Below the pieces are notes generated by a model. It was not told the DNA's origin and searched no databases. It saw nothing but the letters and a program-made list of their open reading frames with translations. A stretch of 64,000 nt of DNA from a virus, in IMG/VR virus record IMGVR_UViG_3300045988_115158, positions 10,702 to 74,701 of that record; one strand, 5' to 3'. Shown piece after piece: positions 1 to 10,845 of the stretch (its first letter is position 1; each line of letters opens with the position of its first letter). A program made the position numbers and the translations under genes.

Positions 1-197
1 TACCATATGCATACATATAAGTATCTCTTATATAATTAAAATTATCTTGAGATAAATAATGTCTAGCATATAATGGATCTTCTTCACTATCTTTAAATCC
101 ATTCTTAATAAGCTCATCCAAATCTATAGAAGGTTGAGCCCATCTATACATTTCTACAAAACACTTATGTAAAGCTTCCTGTAAAATGTCTTCTCTG

Positions 198-482
198 CTA
201 ATCATCGTTGTTAGTATAAAATTCTAATAATCTAAAATTATCTGCTATATGTTTAGTATCTATTAATTCATTGACTACTTCTAATAATGTGCCTTTACAT
301 GTATCAAATTGATTACTATCTATATTGTCACAAAAATACCACAGATCGGTATCTGAGCAATATGAAATTCTTCCTACAGCCATACCTTCTTTATAAGCGA
401 TAATTATACCTTTATAATTATTAGTAATAGCTGCTAAGTCTATAGTAGTATCACTACTTTTAGGAATAGTAATATATTTCAT
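198..482 (-). CDS. hypothetical protein; tandem paralog of the next ORF
   Basis: Intact 94-aa ORF. Collinear similarity to the adjacent 88-aa ORF (IILAYK..VG.I.Y, DTxLWYF/DITWEYF). Confidence 0.5.
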   Translation of the reverse strand: MKYITIPKSSDTTIDLAAITNNYKGIIIAYKEGMAVGRISYCSDTDLWYFCDNIDSNQFDTCKGTLLEVVNELIDTKHIADNFRLLEFYTNNDD

Positions 483-748
483 TATTTAAAATCAATTAAT
501 TTAAAACTATCGGCGTAATTATTTGACATTATAGCTTTTAGTAATGCTAGCAAATTTTCATTACATTTAAAACTACAATCTATAGTAATATCATCGAAAT
601 ATTCCCATGTAATATCTTCATTGTTATAGCCAATGAATCCAACTGGTTTATTACATTTGTATGCTAAAATAATACCCGAAGTATTCTCATTTATATCAGA
701 AATATCTATAAATTTATCGGATATTTCTGGAAGTCTTATGTCTCTCAT
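482..748 (-). CDS. hypothetical protein; tandem paralog of 198-482
   Basis: 88-aa ORF abutting its neighbours by 1 nt. Paralogous sequence. Confidence 0.5.
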   Translation of the reverse strand: MRDIRLPEISDKFIDISDINENTSGIILAYKCNKPVGFIGYNNEDITWEYFDDITIDCSFKCNENLLALLKAIMSNNYADSFKLIDFK

Positions 749-2274
749 TAATTATTTCCTTTAATAGTTCCCATCAAAATATCTTTATCTTTTACAATAG
801 TATAATTAATACTCCATTTAGTATGTCCAAAATTAGCTGTAATATAATTACTACTACCATACATACTACCTACTGATATATAATCAAACTGCTTACCAGT
901 AGTATAAGCATAATTATGTAAATCACCTTTTACTACATAAATATGAGGACTACATATACCTTTTTCTGCTATATAATTAGCAAAGAATAATTCAGTCTGA
1001 GGATTTAAAGTAAGAGGAAATTGTCTAGTCTGAGAATTATTATCTTTACCATGAGCATATAGGAATTGATGATCTCCAATGATGAAATTATCAATAGGAT
1101 AGTTACTAATATAACTCTTAACATTATATTTAGTTAAATATGCAGCTAAAAGTTTCTGATTTAACCATTCAAAATCACCACCATGATTAGATTCTCCTAT
1201 AGAGAGATAATTAAAATCTTTACTTTTTACTTTTACTGTAAGAGTAGCAAAGAACTCCATCATACACTCTATAAATGCTTCACTAATTTCTTTATTATCA
1301 AGAATCTCAGGAAGCTCATGACCCCCTCTAGTAGTTTCTTTATTGAACCCATCAATAGAATCTCCAAGATTAACTACATATACAGAATGATATTCTTGTC
1401 CCACAAAAGATTCCACAATTCTAGATAATCTAGATTTAATTTCTGGAACATCATAAGAAGGTAACTGTACAAAACTACTATATTTAGCATTATAAGCTCC
1501 GATATGTAAATCAGATAACCATATAATTAAATCAGGATATTTTGCTTCTTTATTATTAATGTTTACTGGAAGCTCTTTATAATCCTTTACTGTATTTTTA
1601 ATAGTATCTTCTATAAGTTCCTTATTTAAAGACTTAGAGGTTTCCTTAGTTAACTTAGTAACTAAAGCTCTTAAATCCTTTACTTCATCTTTCTCTATTC
1701 TTTTTAAGAAATCATTCTCTTTTTCCCTAAGATGCATTTCTTTTAATTCATCCTCAGTATATTCTTCATACATATGAGGGGCAAATGGAGAGGATGCTTT
1801 AGTAATATTAAAAGCTCGTAAAATTCTTTTAAAGTCAATAAGAGAATAATCTGGGAAATATCTGCTGACAATCTGCTGGGTTAAACCAGAACCGTAATAA
1901 GTATACATTCTATATACACTATTCATTTCGTTTCTAGTAAAGACTCCTGTGATTGCGGGCTTATTTCTTCTGAAAATCTCAAACTTATATCCAGTAATTT
2001 TACCAGTATCCTCGTCTCTTATTTCCCAAGTATTAGAAGCATCATCTGTATCTTTCTTTACTTCTTTTTTCTTAGTATCCTTTAGTCTGTCATATAATTC
2101 CAATATCTTCTTATCATCTTCATCTTTATTTTCTTTCTTTCTAAGATTTCTCATTGTAATATATACAGTATTTATATTTTTTCCTGATATAGTACACTGA
2201 GCTTTTAAAGAACGATTATTATTAATTGCATCATTAAAGAACTTAATATAAGAAGATTTTGTTGCTTGTTTCAT
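748..2274 (-). CDS. calcineurin-like metallophosphoesterase (SbcD/Mre11-type fold) with N-terminal extension
   Basis: 508-aa ORF. Motifs LSDLHIG (DxH), NLGDSIDG (GDxxD) and SNHGGDF, in the canonical order. Confidence 0.6.
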   Translation of the reverse strand: MKQATKSSYIKFFNDAINNNRSLKAQCTISGKNINTVYITMRNLRKKENKDEDDKKILELYDRLKDTKKKEVKKDTDDASNTWEIRDEDTGKITGYKFEIFRRNKPAITGVFTRNEMNSVYRMYTYYGSGLTQQIVSRYFPDYSLIDFKRILRAFNITKASSPFAPHMYEEYTEDELKEMHLREKENDFLKRIEKDEVKDLRALVTKLTKETSKSLNKELIEDTIKNTVKDYKELPVNINNKEAKYPDLIIWLSDLHIGAYNAKYSSFVQLPSYDVPEIKSRLSRIVESFVGQEYHSVYVVNLGDSIDGFNKETTRGGHELPEILDNKEISEAFIECMMEFFATLTVKVKSKDFNYLSIGESNHGGDFEWLNQKLLAAYLTKYNVKSYISNYPIDNFIIGDHQFLYAHGKDNNSQTRQFPLTLNPQTELFFANYIAEKGICSPHIYVVKGDLHNYAYTTGKQFDYISVGSMYGSSNYITANFGHTKWSINYTIVKDKDILMGTIKGNN

Positions 2275-2351
2275 ACTTTTTTAAAAATTAGATAGCTGTT
2301 ACGCCTTTATAAATAAAAGTATCTAGTAAAATAAAAGGTATCTAAATTAAA

Positions 2352-2386
2352 AAAGGCAGATACTCTCGCGAGCACCTGCCTTACTT
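2352..2386 (-). terminator. rho-independent terminator downstream of 2405-3085 gene
   Basis: Minus strand reads ggcag-(16 nt loop with cgcgag palindrome)-ctgcc followed by TTTTTT. Confidence 0.5.
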
Positions 2387-2404
2387 TAAAAATTATGAAT
2401 AAAA

Positions 2405-3085
2405 TTAAAATTCCAAACCAAAAACCATCCATCTTCCATTACGAGCACTCTTAGATGGAGTATAAGTTACAGTAGCTACTACTGGGTCAGAGCCAATAGA
2501 CTCCTTACCCTGAACGATATCGATCTGACCCTTAAAGCCCTTCTTAATAAGTTCCTTAGCCATTTCCTTAGCTGCGGTCTTAGTAGGACGAATAACCTTT
2601 GTATCTGGTTCAACACGACCAGTATCGTTACCATCCTTATCAAGAATTGCTTCACCAGCCTTCTCATTCTTTACACGCTCAGACTTCAAAGTCTTCAGTA
2701 CTTCCTTTGTATCGTGATCTACCAAATCAAACTTCTTCTGAGTATCACGCTTACCCTCAGTCTTAATATCAACAATCTTCCAAGGACGCTCACGTGTACT
2801 TACAACAGCACTAGAAAGAGTTACAATGAAACCACTACCAGGAGCATTCTTAGTCTTTCTCTTCAAATACTCCAGCTTAAATTCCTTCTCATCATTAGAT
2901 GTTACTTTAGCATTCTTCTCATGGAATTTCTTCCATGCCTGTGTTGCATCACCATTAATATGAAAATTCTCTTTCTCTACCTGTGCTACTGCTGCTTCCT
3001 TTGTTTCTGCACTTACTTCAAAACTCTTAAAATTAAAAATTTCACTCATTTTCAAAAATATATTAACATTAATTCTTATTATCAA
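2405..3085 (-). CDS. hypothetical Lys/Glu-rich protein; locally GC-elevated gene (likely starts at internal Met near 3049)
   Basis: 226-aa ORF. Clearly higher GC (about 40 percent) than surroundings. Has its own terminator. No recognisable motif. Confidence 0.45.
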   Translation of the reverse strand: MIIRINVNIFLKMSEIFNFKSFEVSAETKEAAVAQVEKENFHINGDATQAWKKFHEKNAKVTSNDEKEFKLEYLKRKTKNAPGSGFIVTLSSAVVSTRERPWKIVDIKTEGKRDTQKKFDLVDHDTKEVLKTLKSERVKNEKAGEAILDKDGNDTGRVEPDTKVIRPTKTAAKEMAKELIKKGFKGQIDIVQGKESIGSDPVVATVTYTPSKSARNGRWMVFGLEF

Positions 3086-3176
3086 ATCATCTGCGATGTT
3101 TTTTCTTTATCTTTGTAATGCTAATATAATCTATATTTTTTGCCTCCAAAAAGAAAATTATAAAAAATTAATTTTT

Positions 3177-3536
3177 TTAGAATGGAAGAAATTTTCCCAT
3201 TAATTCTCTTATTTTTGTTGGCATATCTTTTGGTTGCACGCCAAATGTTGGAAAATCGGTACATCCATATGAAAAATCCTCAGTGATGATAGCAATAGCT
3301 TGTATTGTATCTTCATCAAGACCTGTTTTTTCTGCTAATTTAGCAGTTACTTCATAATAAGTAACTCCAGGTTTTTTCTTCTTCATAGAATTTACCATAT
3401 ATCCAAGTAACGATATAAGTGCAAATTTTAAATTTATACTTTCTCCTAAAGACCCTAAACTAAAGTATTTACGATATAAATCGGAAAGTTTAGTATAATC
3501 AGGTCTCTTGAGTAATTCCGAATCCCTCATAACCAT
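3177..3536 (-). CDS. hypothetical protein
   Basis: 119-aa ORF in operon context. Confidence 0.4.
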   Translation of the reverse strand: MVMRDSELLKRPDYTKLSDLYRKYFSLGSLGESINLKFALISLLGYMVNSMKKKKPGVTYYEVTAKLAEKTGLDEDTIQAIAIITEDFSYGCTDFPTFGVQPKDMPTKIRELMGKFLPF

Positions 3537-4545
3537 GCATACAATAGAATGCTACTAATTTAAGAAGGTGAGTAAACTCTTTAAATCCTTTATTAAAAAG
3601 TTCTCTAGTCATAGGAACTACTTTAGTATTAAAATTTGGAATAGTTTCTACTACTAAGAAATTACTTCTAATTTTAGGATTCTCAATGTTATAATTCTTC
3701 TTAGCAGCCATAGTTAATAACCAACTATATAAAGCCATCTCTCTATAATAGTGATATTTAATAAGAGCTCCTTTAGCAAAGTTATTTATTAAATCTCCTG
3801 TGGTTTTTAAATCATTTACAGTGATTATTCCTTCTTCTTTATCTATACTATAATTATCAAGTTTAGACTTAATTTTTAGTATAAAAGGTTTATGCTCTGG
3901 AGCCTCTACTAAAACATCTATAAGGAAAGCTATTTCATTACCAATAATTGGTTGTTCTAGTAATCCTTCAGGGTTTAGTAAAGATTGAATTTGTGTATCA
4001 CTATCTAGAGACTCTAGACAGACTTTCAGTTTAGCATGATTTTTAGGGTCTGTAAATATTGGTGTTCTAGCATCATTATTTTCTTTTTCAAAAGCTTTTC
4101 TATCACACCAGTATTGAGCACAGTCTGCTAACACTTTTTCTATTTTTTTATCTGACATTTTATCTTTATAATAATCACACTTATCAGATGCTTCTAATAT
4201 AATATCATTAGTAACATTGATACCTTGTGTTTTCTTATAAATATAATCTGCCATTGCCCCCATTTTAGCAGTAGGTCTGCTAACATCTGTTAGAAAGAAG
4301 TCATCAGGTTGTAAAACTAAAGTATGTAACCAACTACCAAATTCCAAACTAGTTGTATTTAACTTAGTCTTACCCCAATTATCAAAGAACTCTGTTGGAG
4401 AACCATCTTGATCTGGATTTATCTTAGATAATCTAGAGTTTGAGATATAATTATTATACTTTTTAGAGAAATAAGTATTGTCATCAATATCTTCAACTCT
4501 TAAAGTCTCTATCAGAGGTTTAATAGAAATTTGACTTAATTTCAC
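3499..4545 (-). CDS. PD-(D/E)xK nuclease, RecB/Cas4-like
   Basis: 348 aa. C-terminal VNDLKTTG (D-x-K-T) followed by YREMALYSWLL (Q/E..Y motif). Same motif set as the 58058-58975 protein. Confidence 0.5.
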   Translation of the reverse strand: MKLSQISIKPLIETLRVEDIDDNTYFSKKYNNYISNSRLSKINPDQDGSPTEFFDNWGKTKLNTTSLEFGSWLHTLVLQPDDFFLTDVSRPTAKMGAMADYIYKKTQGINVTNDIILEASDKCDYYKDKMSDKKIEKVLADCAQYWCDRKAFEKENNDARTPIFTDPKNHAKLKVCLESLDSDTQIQSLLNPEGLLEQPIIGNEIAFLIDVLVEAPEHKPFILKIKSKLDNYSIDKEEGIITVNDLKTTGDLINNFAKGALIKYHYYREMALYSWLLTMAAKKNYNIENPKIRSNFLVVETIPNFNTKVVPMTRELFNKGFKEFTHLLKLVAFYCMHGYEGFGITQET

Positions 4546-5056
4546 GTAAGTAATTGTTAAAGTCTTCCGACTCTTTTATACATTCATACCCATATTCTAT
4601 CTCTTCTTTATCTAAACTATAAATCTTACCATAAGGACCCCATTTTTCATTAGATTCAGAAGCTATTAATAAGCAAGGCAATCCTGCTAGATTCATCTGA
4701 ATAAAATTACTAATAGAATCATCAATGAAAATATCAACTCTACCTTTTATATACCGAGCTTTATTAGCACGCTGATATAAGACTTGATAAACAGGTTTAT
4801 TAGGATAACCATTATTCTTTAGCCATGTTTTACTATAGTCTTTATTGCATACTCTTTTAGTACAATATAATTCAGGTATAAAGTTTATTTTATTTTTTAC
4901 TGGAAGATTTATCCACCATTCTCTGTCTTTTATTAAAACTTGTTGTACATTTTTTGTTATTTCTCCATCAGACTTAGGATATCCAAATCTTTTTAAATAT
5001 GGATTCATAAACTCATTTAATGTATCATCTAAATCTAAACCAATTCTTAATTTCAT
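4520..5056 (-). CDS. HAD-superfamily 5'(3')-deoxyribonucleotidase-like
   Basis: N-terminal GLDLDDTL (DxDxT) and later IFIDD motif. Confidence 0.55.
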   Translation of the reverse strand: MKLRIGLDLDDTLNEFMNPYLKRFGYPKSDGEITKNVQQVLIKDREWWINLPVKNKINFIPELYCTKRVCNKDYSKTWLKNNGYPNKPVYQVLYQRANKARYIKGRVDIFIDDSISNFIQMNLAGLPCLLIASESNEKWGPYGKIYSLDKEEIEYGYECIKESEDFNNYLREIKSNFY

Positions 5057-5298
5057 AGATTAAATAATTCCTCAATATCTCTTATATATGTTACCCCAAT
5101 ACCTTTCTTAGCCAATTCAGCTCTGATATTTATCCAGCTATCATTGTTATCAAGAATAGCGTATGTATCATCGTCTAAATTTAAGTACTTATCAACTTCT
5201 TCTTTAGCCTTTTCAACAGCTTCCTCATATGAAGATGCTGTTAACTTATGAAGTTTATTTTTATTACTCTGACAAATTGCAAAAATATAATTATTCAT
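5053..5298 (-). CDS. hypothetical protein
   Basis: 81-aa ORF, translationally coupled. Confidence 0.4.
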   Translation of the reverse strand: MNNYIFAICQSNKNKLHKLTASSYEEAVEKAKEEVDKYLNLDDDTYAILDNNDSWINIRAELAKKGIGVTYIRDIEELFNL

Positions 5299-5479
5299 TT
5301 GGTATTGTTATATATAATTATCATTATAATAATAAATAATATCATCATGGTGATTGGGAGTGATAAAAATATTACCACTGCTAATGTTACCCAACTCCAT
5401 AATAATATTCCAAAAATCTTAAGTAAAATTAATATTATACTTATTATAAAATCTATTACTCCTAAGATTAATAATTCCC

Positions 5480-5989
5480 TTATATTAAATTATTACTTTT
5501 AGAATAACATTCTAATAAAGTATAGAAGAAATCCATAGGAACCATTGCTATTGCTCCTGGACTAACACTACCTTCTGTCGGAGCTTTTTTCCAGCATAAT
5601 ACAAATGGTTTATCTTTATATGGACAAGCATCTTCTATCTTAAAATATGCTGGAGTATTAGCAGTATGTTTGGCTTGAATATTTACAGGTAATTTTCCGG
5701 ACCTATCAATTAGATCAACTTTATTATTATCTGTAAACTTACTCTCTCCTCTAGCACTTACACACTCAGTATACCCCATATCTCTAAGATGATGAATTAT
5801 ATCTGCTTCCCATGCACTTCCTTTATTTCTAGACTTTTTAGCTTGATAACTCTTCTTAGTATGGCTATCTATCCATTCATATAAAGTGCCATCAGCCATT
5901 TTTCCAGATTTATTACACCTAATTTTAAGAGCTGCTTGACTTATTTTAGTTTTCTCAGAGCATTCCTCTATAGATGTATAATCGTGCAC
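5480..5989 (-). CDS. PD-(D/E)xK-fold nuclease, Hjc-like Holliday-junction resolvase candidate
   Basis: GSAWEADIIHHLRDMGY...VDLIDRSGKLPVNIQAK pattern (E..., D-x-D, Q/E-x-K). Confidence 0.4.
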   Translation of the reverse strand: MHDYTSIEECSEKTKISQAALKIRCNKSGKMADGTLYEWIDSHTKKSYQAKKSRNKGSAWEADIIHHLRDMGYTECVSARGESKFTDNNKVDLIDRSGKLPVNIQAKHTANTPAYFKIEDACPYKDKPFVLCWKKAPTEGSVSPGAIAMVPMDFFYTLLECYSKSNNLI

Positions 5990-6035
5990 ATCGCCGTTCT
6001 TATATGTTATTCTAATAGCAGTATTCAGATTCTAA

Positions 6036-7046
6036 TTACTTTTTGACATAGTTACTTAATTTTTTTATATAATATTTTATAAATTTTAAAGTATTCTGTC
6101 GACCATATTTTTTATAAAAATCACTTATATCTTTTACTTTGAATTTATGAGGTATAAAGAAATAAAGTAATTCTGGATGATTCCTTCTTATTTTAGCCAT
6201 ATTAAACATTCCAGGTCTATCATTATCATAAAAAGTTACTATATAAGTAAATCTTTCTTTTAGATCATTTAACATATTTTCAGATAACCATTGTGTTTCA
6301 CTATTTGGAGCACAGGCTGTTACACCTAAACCTCTTAAACACATAGTATCCTTCATACTTTTAGTTATAACTAATAAAGTACCTTTTTTAGGTAACTGAC
6401 TATAACCCTGAACCTTTTTAGAGGGCCAATTTGTTAGAAATCTATATTCTTTACGTTTAGGATAATAAATTCTCCACAATTCTTTACCTTGCATTGTTCC
6501 TCCATAATATCCGAAGATAAAGTTATCTTTGGTTTTTATAGTTTGAATATTACCATTTAAAAATACAGTACGACAAGAATATACTTTATATTTATTTAGT
6601 AATTCTAAAGAAACTCCTTGTTTACCCCACCATTTTAATTCATCTTCTGAGAAATCTTTTATTTCTACTCGTATATCTGCTGGCTCATTTGTTTTAACAA
6701 AAGAAGTGCTTGATTGTATTACAGAATGATAATTATTTTGTCCTTTTAATAAGCCAAAATCTTTAGCTATAATATCTAATGCTTGATGGTATTTACAAGC
6801 ATATTTAGTCATAACTACAGATATAAAGTTTCCATAAAAGCTCCCATTAAAATCATGGAATATAAGTTCTCCTTTAGAGTTACGAAAAAAGGAAGCCGTA
6901 GGATTTTTATCTTTACGTAAAGGATTACAAATTAATTTTTTTGAAACTTTTACGCCAAGATAATACTCCATATAGGCTTCCTCTGTGTTATATTTAAGTA
7001 AGTAGTCCTTAGTAATATCTGGTTTATAAGAAAAATCTAATTCCAT
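6036..7046 (-). CDS. DNA primase (zinc-binding domain + Toprim)
   Basis: ICNPLRKDKNPTASFF...FHDF resembles the DnaG CHC2 zinc finger. C-terminal TKSMKD...YDNDRPG (Toprim E and DxD). Confidence 0.55.
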   Translation of the reverse strand: MELDFSYKPDITKDYLLKYNTEEAYMEYYLGVKVSKKLICNPLRKDKNPTASFFRNSKGELIFHDFNGSFYGNFISVVMTKYACKYHQALDIIAKDFGLLKGQNNYHSVIQSSTSFVKTNEPADIRVEIKDFSEDELKWWGKQGVSLELLNKYKVYSCRTVFLNGNIQTIKTKDNFIFGYYGGTMQGKELWRIYYPKRKEYRFLTNWPSKKVQGYSQLPKKGTLLVITKSMKDTMCLRGLGVTACAPNSETQWLSENMLNDLKERFTYIVTFYDNDRPGMFNMAKIRRNHPELLYFFIPHKFKVKDISDFYKKYGRQNTLKFIKYYIKKLSNYVKK

Positions 7047-7069
7047 AAAAACTACTTACTTTATAATTA

Positions 7070-7840
7070 CTACATATCTGCCAGCATAGCATCGAAGTCT
7101 TCATCTTGAGCCTCCTTGCCTTCAGTAGAGTCAATAGATTTAGCCTCTTCTGAATCAGCTGCTGGTACAGGAGTAGTAGGCTTACGCTTCTCCATATCCT
7201 CTTTCTGCTTAATCTCATAACTAGAGAATGACAATTTATCTTCCTCTAAGCTAGCAAAATTATCACGGATATAGAACTGTCCATCACTATTAATAGCTCC
7301 AATATCAGGAATCTTAGCAAATACATTACCAGTTTCCTTTGAAATTCCCTTTTCATCCTTTTTCTTTTCCTTACGACCGCTAAGCTTTAAATAAAAGTTT
7401 TTATTCATACAATGCTTAGTCAATACTGCCTGGAAAAGCTGCATAAATTGGTCAGTACTCTTACAAGCAGGAGCTTTAGTTATAAACAATTCTTTAGCTT
7501 TATCACCACCTACTACTGTTATAATATGCAGCATAAAACCTTTAAGCTGTTCAAATGCTGAAGGAAGTACATATGGGAATTCTACACCCTTAGAATCCTT
7601 TCTCTTACCCTCATATCTTTTAGCAGAACTTTCATTAGGATAAAACAATGATTCTTGATAAGTTCCTTGCTCTCCTTCAAAATGAAGTACCAGAGATTTC
7701 CAAGTTGTATTAGGGTCTTGCTTACCTTGACCCTCCTTAACTTCTATACTTTTTAACTGAACGAGATAAATTCCATAAGGACGAAGACCTTTCTTACTTG
7801 TAGGATTAATATCACCAAGACCACCAAAATTTAAATTCAT
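7070..7840 (-). CDS. hypothetical protein (possible ssDNA-binding/recombination accessory)
   Basis: 256-aa ORF between primase and ATPase genes. No firm motif. Confidence 0.35.
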   Translation of the reverse strand: MNLNFGGLGDINPTSKKGLRPYGIYLVQLKSIEVKEGQGKQDPNTTWKSLVLHFEGEQGTYQESLFYPNESSAKRYEGKRKDSKGVEFPYVLPSAFEQLKGFMLHIITVVGGDKAKELFITKAPACKSTDQFMQLFQAVLTKHCMNKNFYLKLSGRKEKKKDEKGISKETGNVFAKIPDIGAINSDGQFYIRDNFASLEEDKLSFSSYEIKQKEDMEKRKPTTPVPAADSEEAKSIDSTEGKEAQDEDFDAMLADM

Positions 7841-7852
7841 ATTGCTATATTA

Positions 7853-8458
7853 TTAAAGATTATCGAAATTAAAATCATTATCTGAGATTTCTGTATCATC
7901 TGCGTTGCCGTCAATAAGACTAGCCATTTCGTCATCTAATTCATCTTCTGATGCAATATCCTCTGCTTCAGGAACTACATCTTCTTTAATCTCAGGCTCT
8001 CGATTACCTGTTAATATAAACAATCCATCAATTTTAGGATGTGGAGTAAAAGTAAACTCATTACCATGCTCAGCAAGGTTCTGGTTATTCTTTCCTCTAT
8101 ATGAAACTGCATTCTTCTGAGTTAATTTATTACCTGACTGCGTACCAAATGTTTCAGCAGCTCCGATAACTAAGCACTCTTTCTTATTAAGTTTCTGCTG
8201 TTTAATATCTACTTTATCTCCTGGTTCTACACCAAGAGCCTCAACAGCAGCCTTATTAAGAATGTACTTATTCTCCTCAAGAATTAATAGTGGATTAGGA
8301 TTTGTATCATCTACTTCTGAATCTTTCTTTTTAGAAGAAGACTTACGAGTAGACGGCTTCTTTACAGAATCATCCTTCAACTCACGTGTATCAGTTAAAA
8401 TTTCACCAGTTTCTTCATTAAGCCACTCGGACTTAATTGTCATTTTAATTAGCTTCAT
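7853..8458 (-). CDS. hypothetical protein with acidic C-terminal tail
   Basis: 201 aa. Ends ...EISDNDFNFDNL, an SSB/gp32-like acidic tail. Weak. Confidence 0.4.
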   Translation of the reverse strand: MKLIKMTIKSEWLNEETGEILTDTRELKDDSVKKPSTRKSSSKKKDSEVDDTNPNPLLILEENKYILNKAAVEALGVEPGDKVDIKQQKLNKKECLVIGAAETFGTQSGNKLTQKNAVSYRGKNNQNLAEHGNEFTFTPHPKIDGLFILTGNREPEIKEDVVPEAEDIASEDELDDEMASLIDGNADDTEISDNDFNFDNL

Positions 8459-9197
8459 TTAAAATATTGTCATCATTATTGGTTTCATTATGGTCATCTG
8501 CGATTTCTTCTTCCTCACCATATTCAAAGTTATGGATAGTATCTAAAACCTTCTGCATATTAGGTTCAATCAGTTTATCTTTAAAACATCCATCAACACT
8601 ACGACAAGTATCGTTACCATTGGTTTTAGTTCTAAAGAAATAACTAATATTGCCCTCATCATCAACCTGGCGTTCAGTATATAAAATATAAGAAAATAAA
8701 CCATCAATATTTACGGTTCTATCCAACATTTTACCACTAGAATATAACTGCCAATGTTCATCGAGGTCAGTACCAGCATTAATAATATGACTAATGAATA
8801 CTACATTAAGATCTTCACGCAGTTCACTAGCTTCCATGATTAAATCATAATAATTTTTAGCAAACACAACGTGCTTATCCCAACCCTTTTCAAGGGCAGA
8901 ATCCATTATATTATTTGAAAGACAATAGTTAGCATCATCTACGACTACTGTCTTAATATCAGAACGTAATTTATCAATAATCTTTAACCACTTACCAATA
9001 GTAGTATAATCATTAGACACAAGCCAATTTCCAACTGGCTTCTTATTTACAACTTCAGCTTTCTTGTACTTACGTCTAAATCCAGGAATTTGAAGTTGCT
9101 TGTTAGTACAACTAATGATAAATGTTGATTTATAATCTAAATAACGCAAAGAAGTGCTTTTTCCGGTACCACTCAAACCTGCTAAACCAATAATCAT
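8445..9197 (-). CDS. P-loop NTPase (recombination/replication ATPase)
   Basis: N-terminal GLAGLSGTGKST Walker A. VVDDANY Walker B-like. Confidence 0.55.
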   Translation of the reverse strand: MIIGLAGLSGTGKSTSLRYLDYKSTFIISCTNKQLQIPGFRRKYKKAEVVNKKPVGNWLVSNDYTTIGKWLKIIDKLRSDIKTVVVDDANYCLSNNIMDSALEKGWDKHVVFAKNYYDLIMEASELREDLNVVFISHIINAGTDLDEHWQLYSSGKMLDRTVNIDGLFSYILYTERQVDDEGNISYFFRTKTNGNDTCRSVDGCFKDKLIEPNMQKVLDTIHNFEYGEEEEIADDHNETNNDDNILNEAN

Positions 9198-9484
9198 AAA
9201 CTATAGTCTAATTTACTTTTCACTTTTTCATCTTCAATATTATCTGTTAAATTATTATTATCTGTAGCTCGGTATTTAGAATAATCATAAATCTCGGAAG
9301 GGGGAGGTAATTCTACCCATTTATTCACCATGCCATCAAAGAAACAACAATCAGCTACTTGATTTTCTCCATATCTTGATTTTAACACAAGAATACTTCT
9401 AAATCTATAACCCATTTCTTTTACTTGATATCCTCTATAAGAAGAACGTTTATCAACTTGAGGATTATAGACAGCTAGAATCAA
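9194..9484 (-). CDS. hypothetical protein
   Basis: 96-aa ORF, 4-nt overlap with upstream gene. Confidence 0.4.
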   Translation of the reverse strand: MILAVYNPQVDKRSSYRGYQVKEMGYRFRSILVLKSRYGENQVADCCFFDGMVNKWVELPPPSEIYDYSKYRATDNNNLTDNIEDEKVKSKLDYSL

Positions 9485-9657
9485 TTCTGCTGCCTCACTT
9501 GCAATATATTATCCTACGGGCTCTTTATCCCACAGTTCTATACTTTTATTTATATGTATAGTTTAGACTATATCTTTAATTTATTTCATATTCTCACGAA
9601 CCTTACTTTAAACAGTGCCCCGCTTTCGTGGAAGATTTTATAGCTTCTAATATAAAA

Positions 9658-10845
9658 TTAGTTCAGCGTCACTTCTAGTCGTTTAGCTTTTTCCTCTATT
9701 TCTAGAGGGTTTAGCACAGGAACTTCTTGCTCTTGTTCAAGATTTACCCTGTTTAACGGAGTTTTAGGTACACCTAATTTGTACATAAGAGTGTAATGCA
9801 TATATGGAGTTATTAACTCTTTTAAGTGCTCAAAATCTGAAATACTTAGTCTAATTGTTTGATCTGAATGCTTAGACCAATGCAAGTTAAATTTTGTAAG
9901 CATTACTTCTTGAATAACTTTAATATCTGCATCTGTAAAACAGTTTGTACAAATTGTTATAGAACCATGGTCATAACATCCATCATCCATTATCCAAACT
10001 GCAATACCCAAAGGTTCAATGTTGTCTATAAGAGATTTATTAATATATTTTATTTTATTATTATGATATAATTTATTATAATAGGCTCCCATAGCATCAT
10101 TTACTTTAAAATGTGTATACAAACAAGCATACCATTTACCTTTTATATCATTAAAGTTATCTTTAAAAGATACTTTTCCACAAAATCTTCTTAATTTATT
10201 ATATTTCCAATAAAAATATTCCGCTTGTTTTAAACTATGTGCAAACATTCCAGTTCCACTTTCATCTCTAAGATACCCATCTCCTAATAAACATCCTAAG
10301 AATACTTGAAATTCCTCCGAAGATAATTCATTTAATCTATTTTTATTTTTATTTGGAGATAGCCCTAAAGATCTAGCATATTCTGAAATAGCACTATTAC
10401 TAGTATTTAATTCTTTAGCAATATCTACGTAAGTTAATCCTTGATTATATAAATCAATAAATTTATTTTCATCAAACTTTGGTTTATATTCAAAATTTGA
10501 ATCTAAATTTTTACGTATACGCCAGTTACGTACAGTAACATGATTTAATTGAACTATTCTAGCAATTTCAGAGTCATTTTTTCCTTCTTTATAAAGTTTA
10601 TACATTTCTTCATCATACTTTGCACGATTTTTATAAAGAGACCCATAAATACCCTGACCAATACTCGGAATATTAATTTTCTTTTCTTTAGGTTTTAAAA
10701 TATCTTTAGCACTTAAATTAAATTCAGATAATCTCTTTCGAACTACTGAGAGAGTTACTCCTAGTTTATCTGCTAATTCTTGTCTAGTATGGCAAGAATT
10801 AGCTGCTTCAATAAAATCACTTTTAGAAATTTCAATTTTTTTCAT
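9658..10845 (-). CDS. free-standing LAGLIDADG homing endonuclease with N-terminal HTH repeats
   Basis: LGCLLGDGYL and VWIMDDGCY motifs. Three sigma70-r4-like HTH repeats at the N-terminus. Located immediately downstream of the intron-containing helicase gene. Confidence 0.65.
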   Translation of the reverse strand: MKKIEISKSDFIEAANSCHTRQELADKLGVTLSVVRKRLSEFNLSAKDILKPKEKKINIPSIGQGIYGSLYKNRAKYDEEMYKLYKEGKNDSEIARIVQLNHVTVRNWRIRKNLDSNFEYKPKFDENKFIDLYNQGLTYVDIAKELNTSNSAISEYARSLGLSPNKNKNRLNELSSEEFQVFLGCLLGDGYLRDESGTGMFAHSLKQAEYFYWKYNKLRRFCGKVSFKDNFNDIKGKWYACLYTHFKVNDAMGAYYNKLYHNNKIKYINKSLIDNIEPLGIAVWIMDDGCYDHGSITICTNCFTDADIKVIQEVMLTKFNLHWSKHSDQTIRLSISDFEHLKELITPYMHYTLMYKLGVPKTPLNRVNLEQEQEVPVLNPLEIEEKAKRLEVTLN

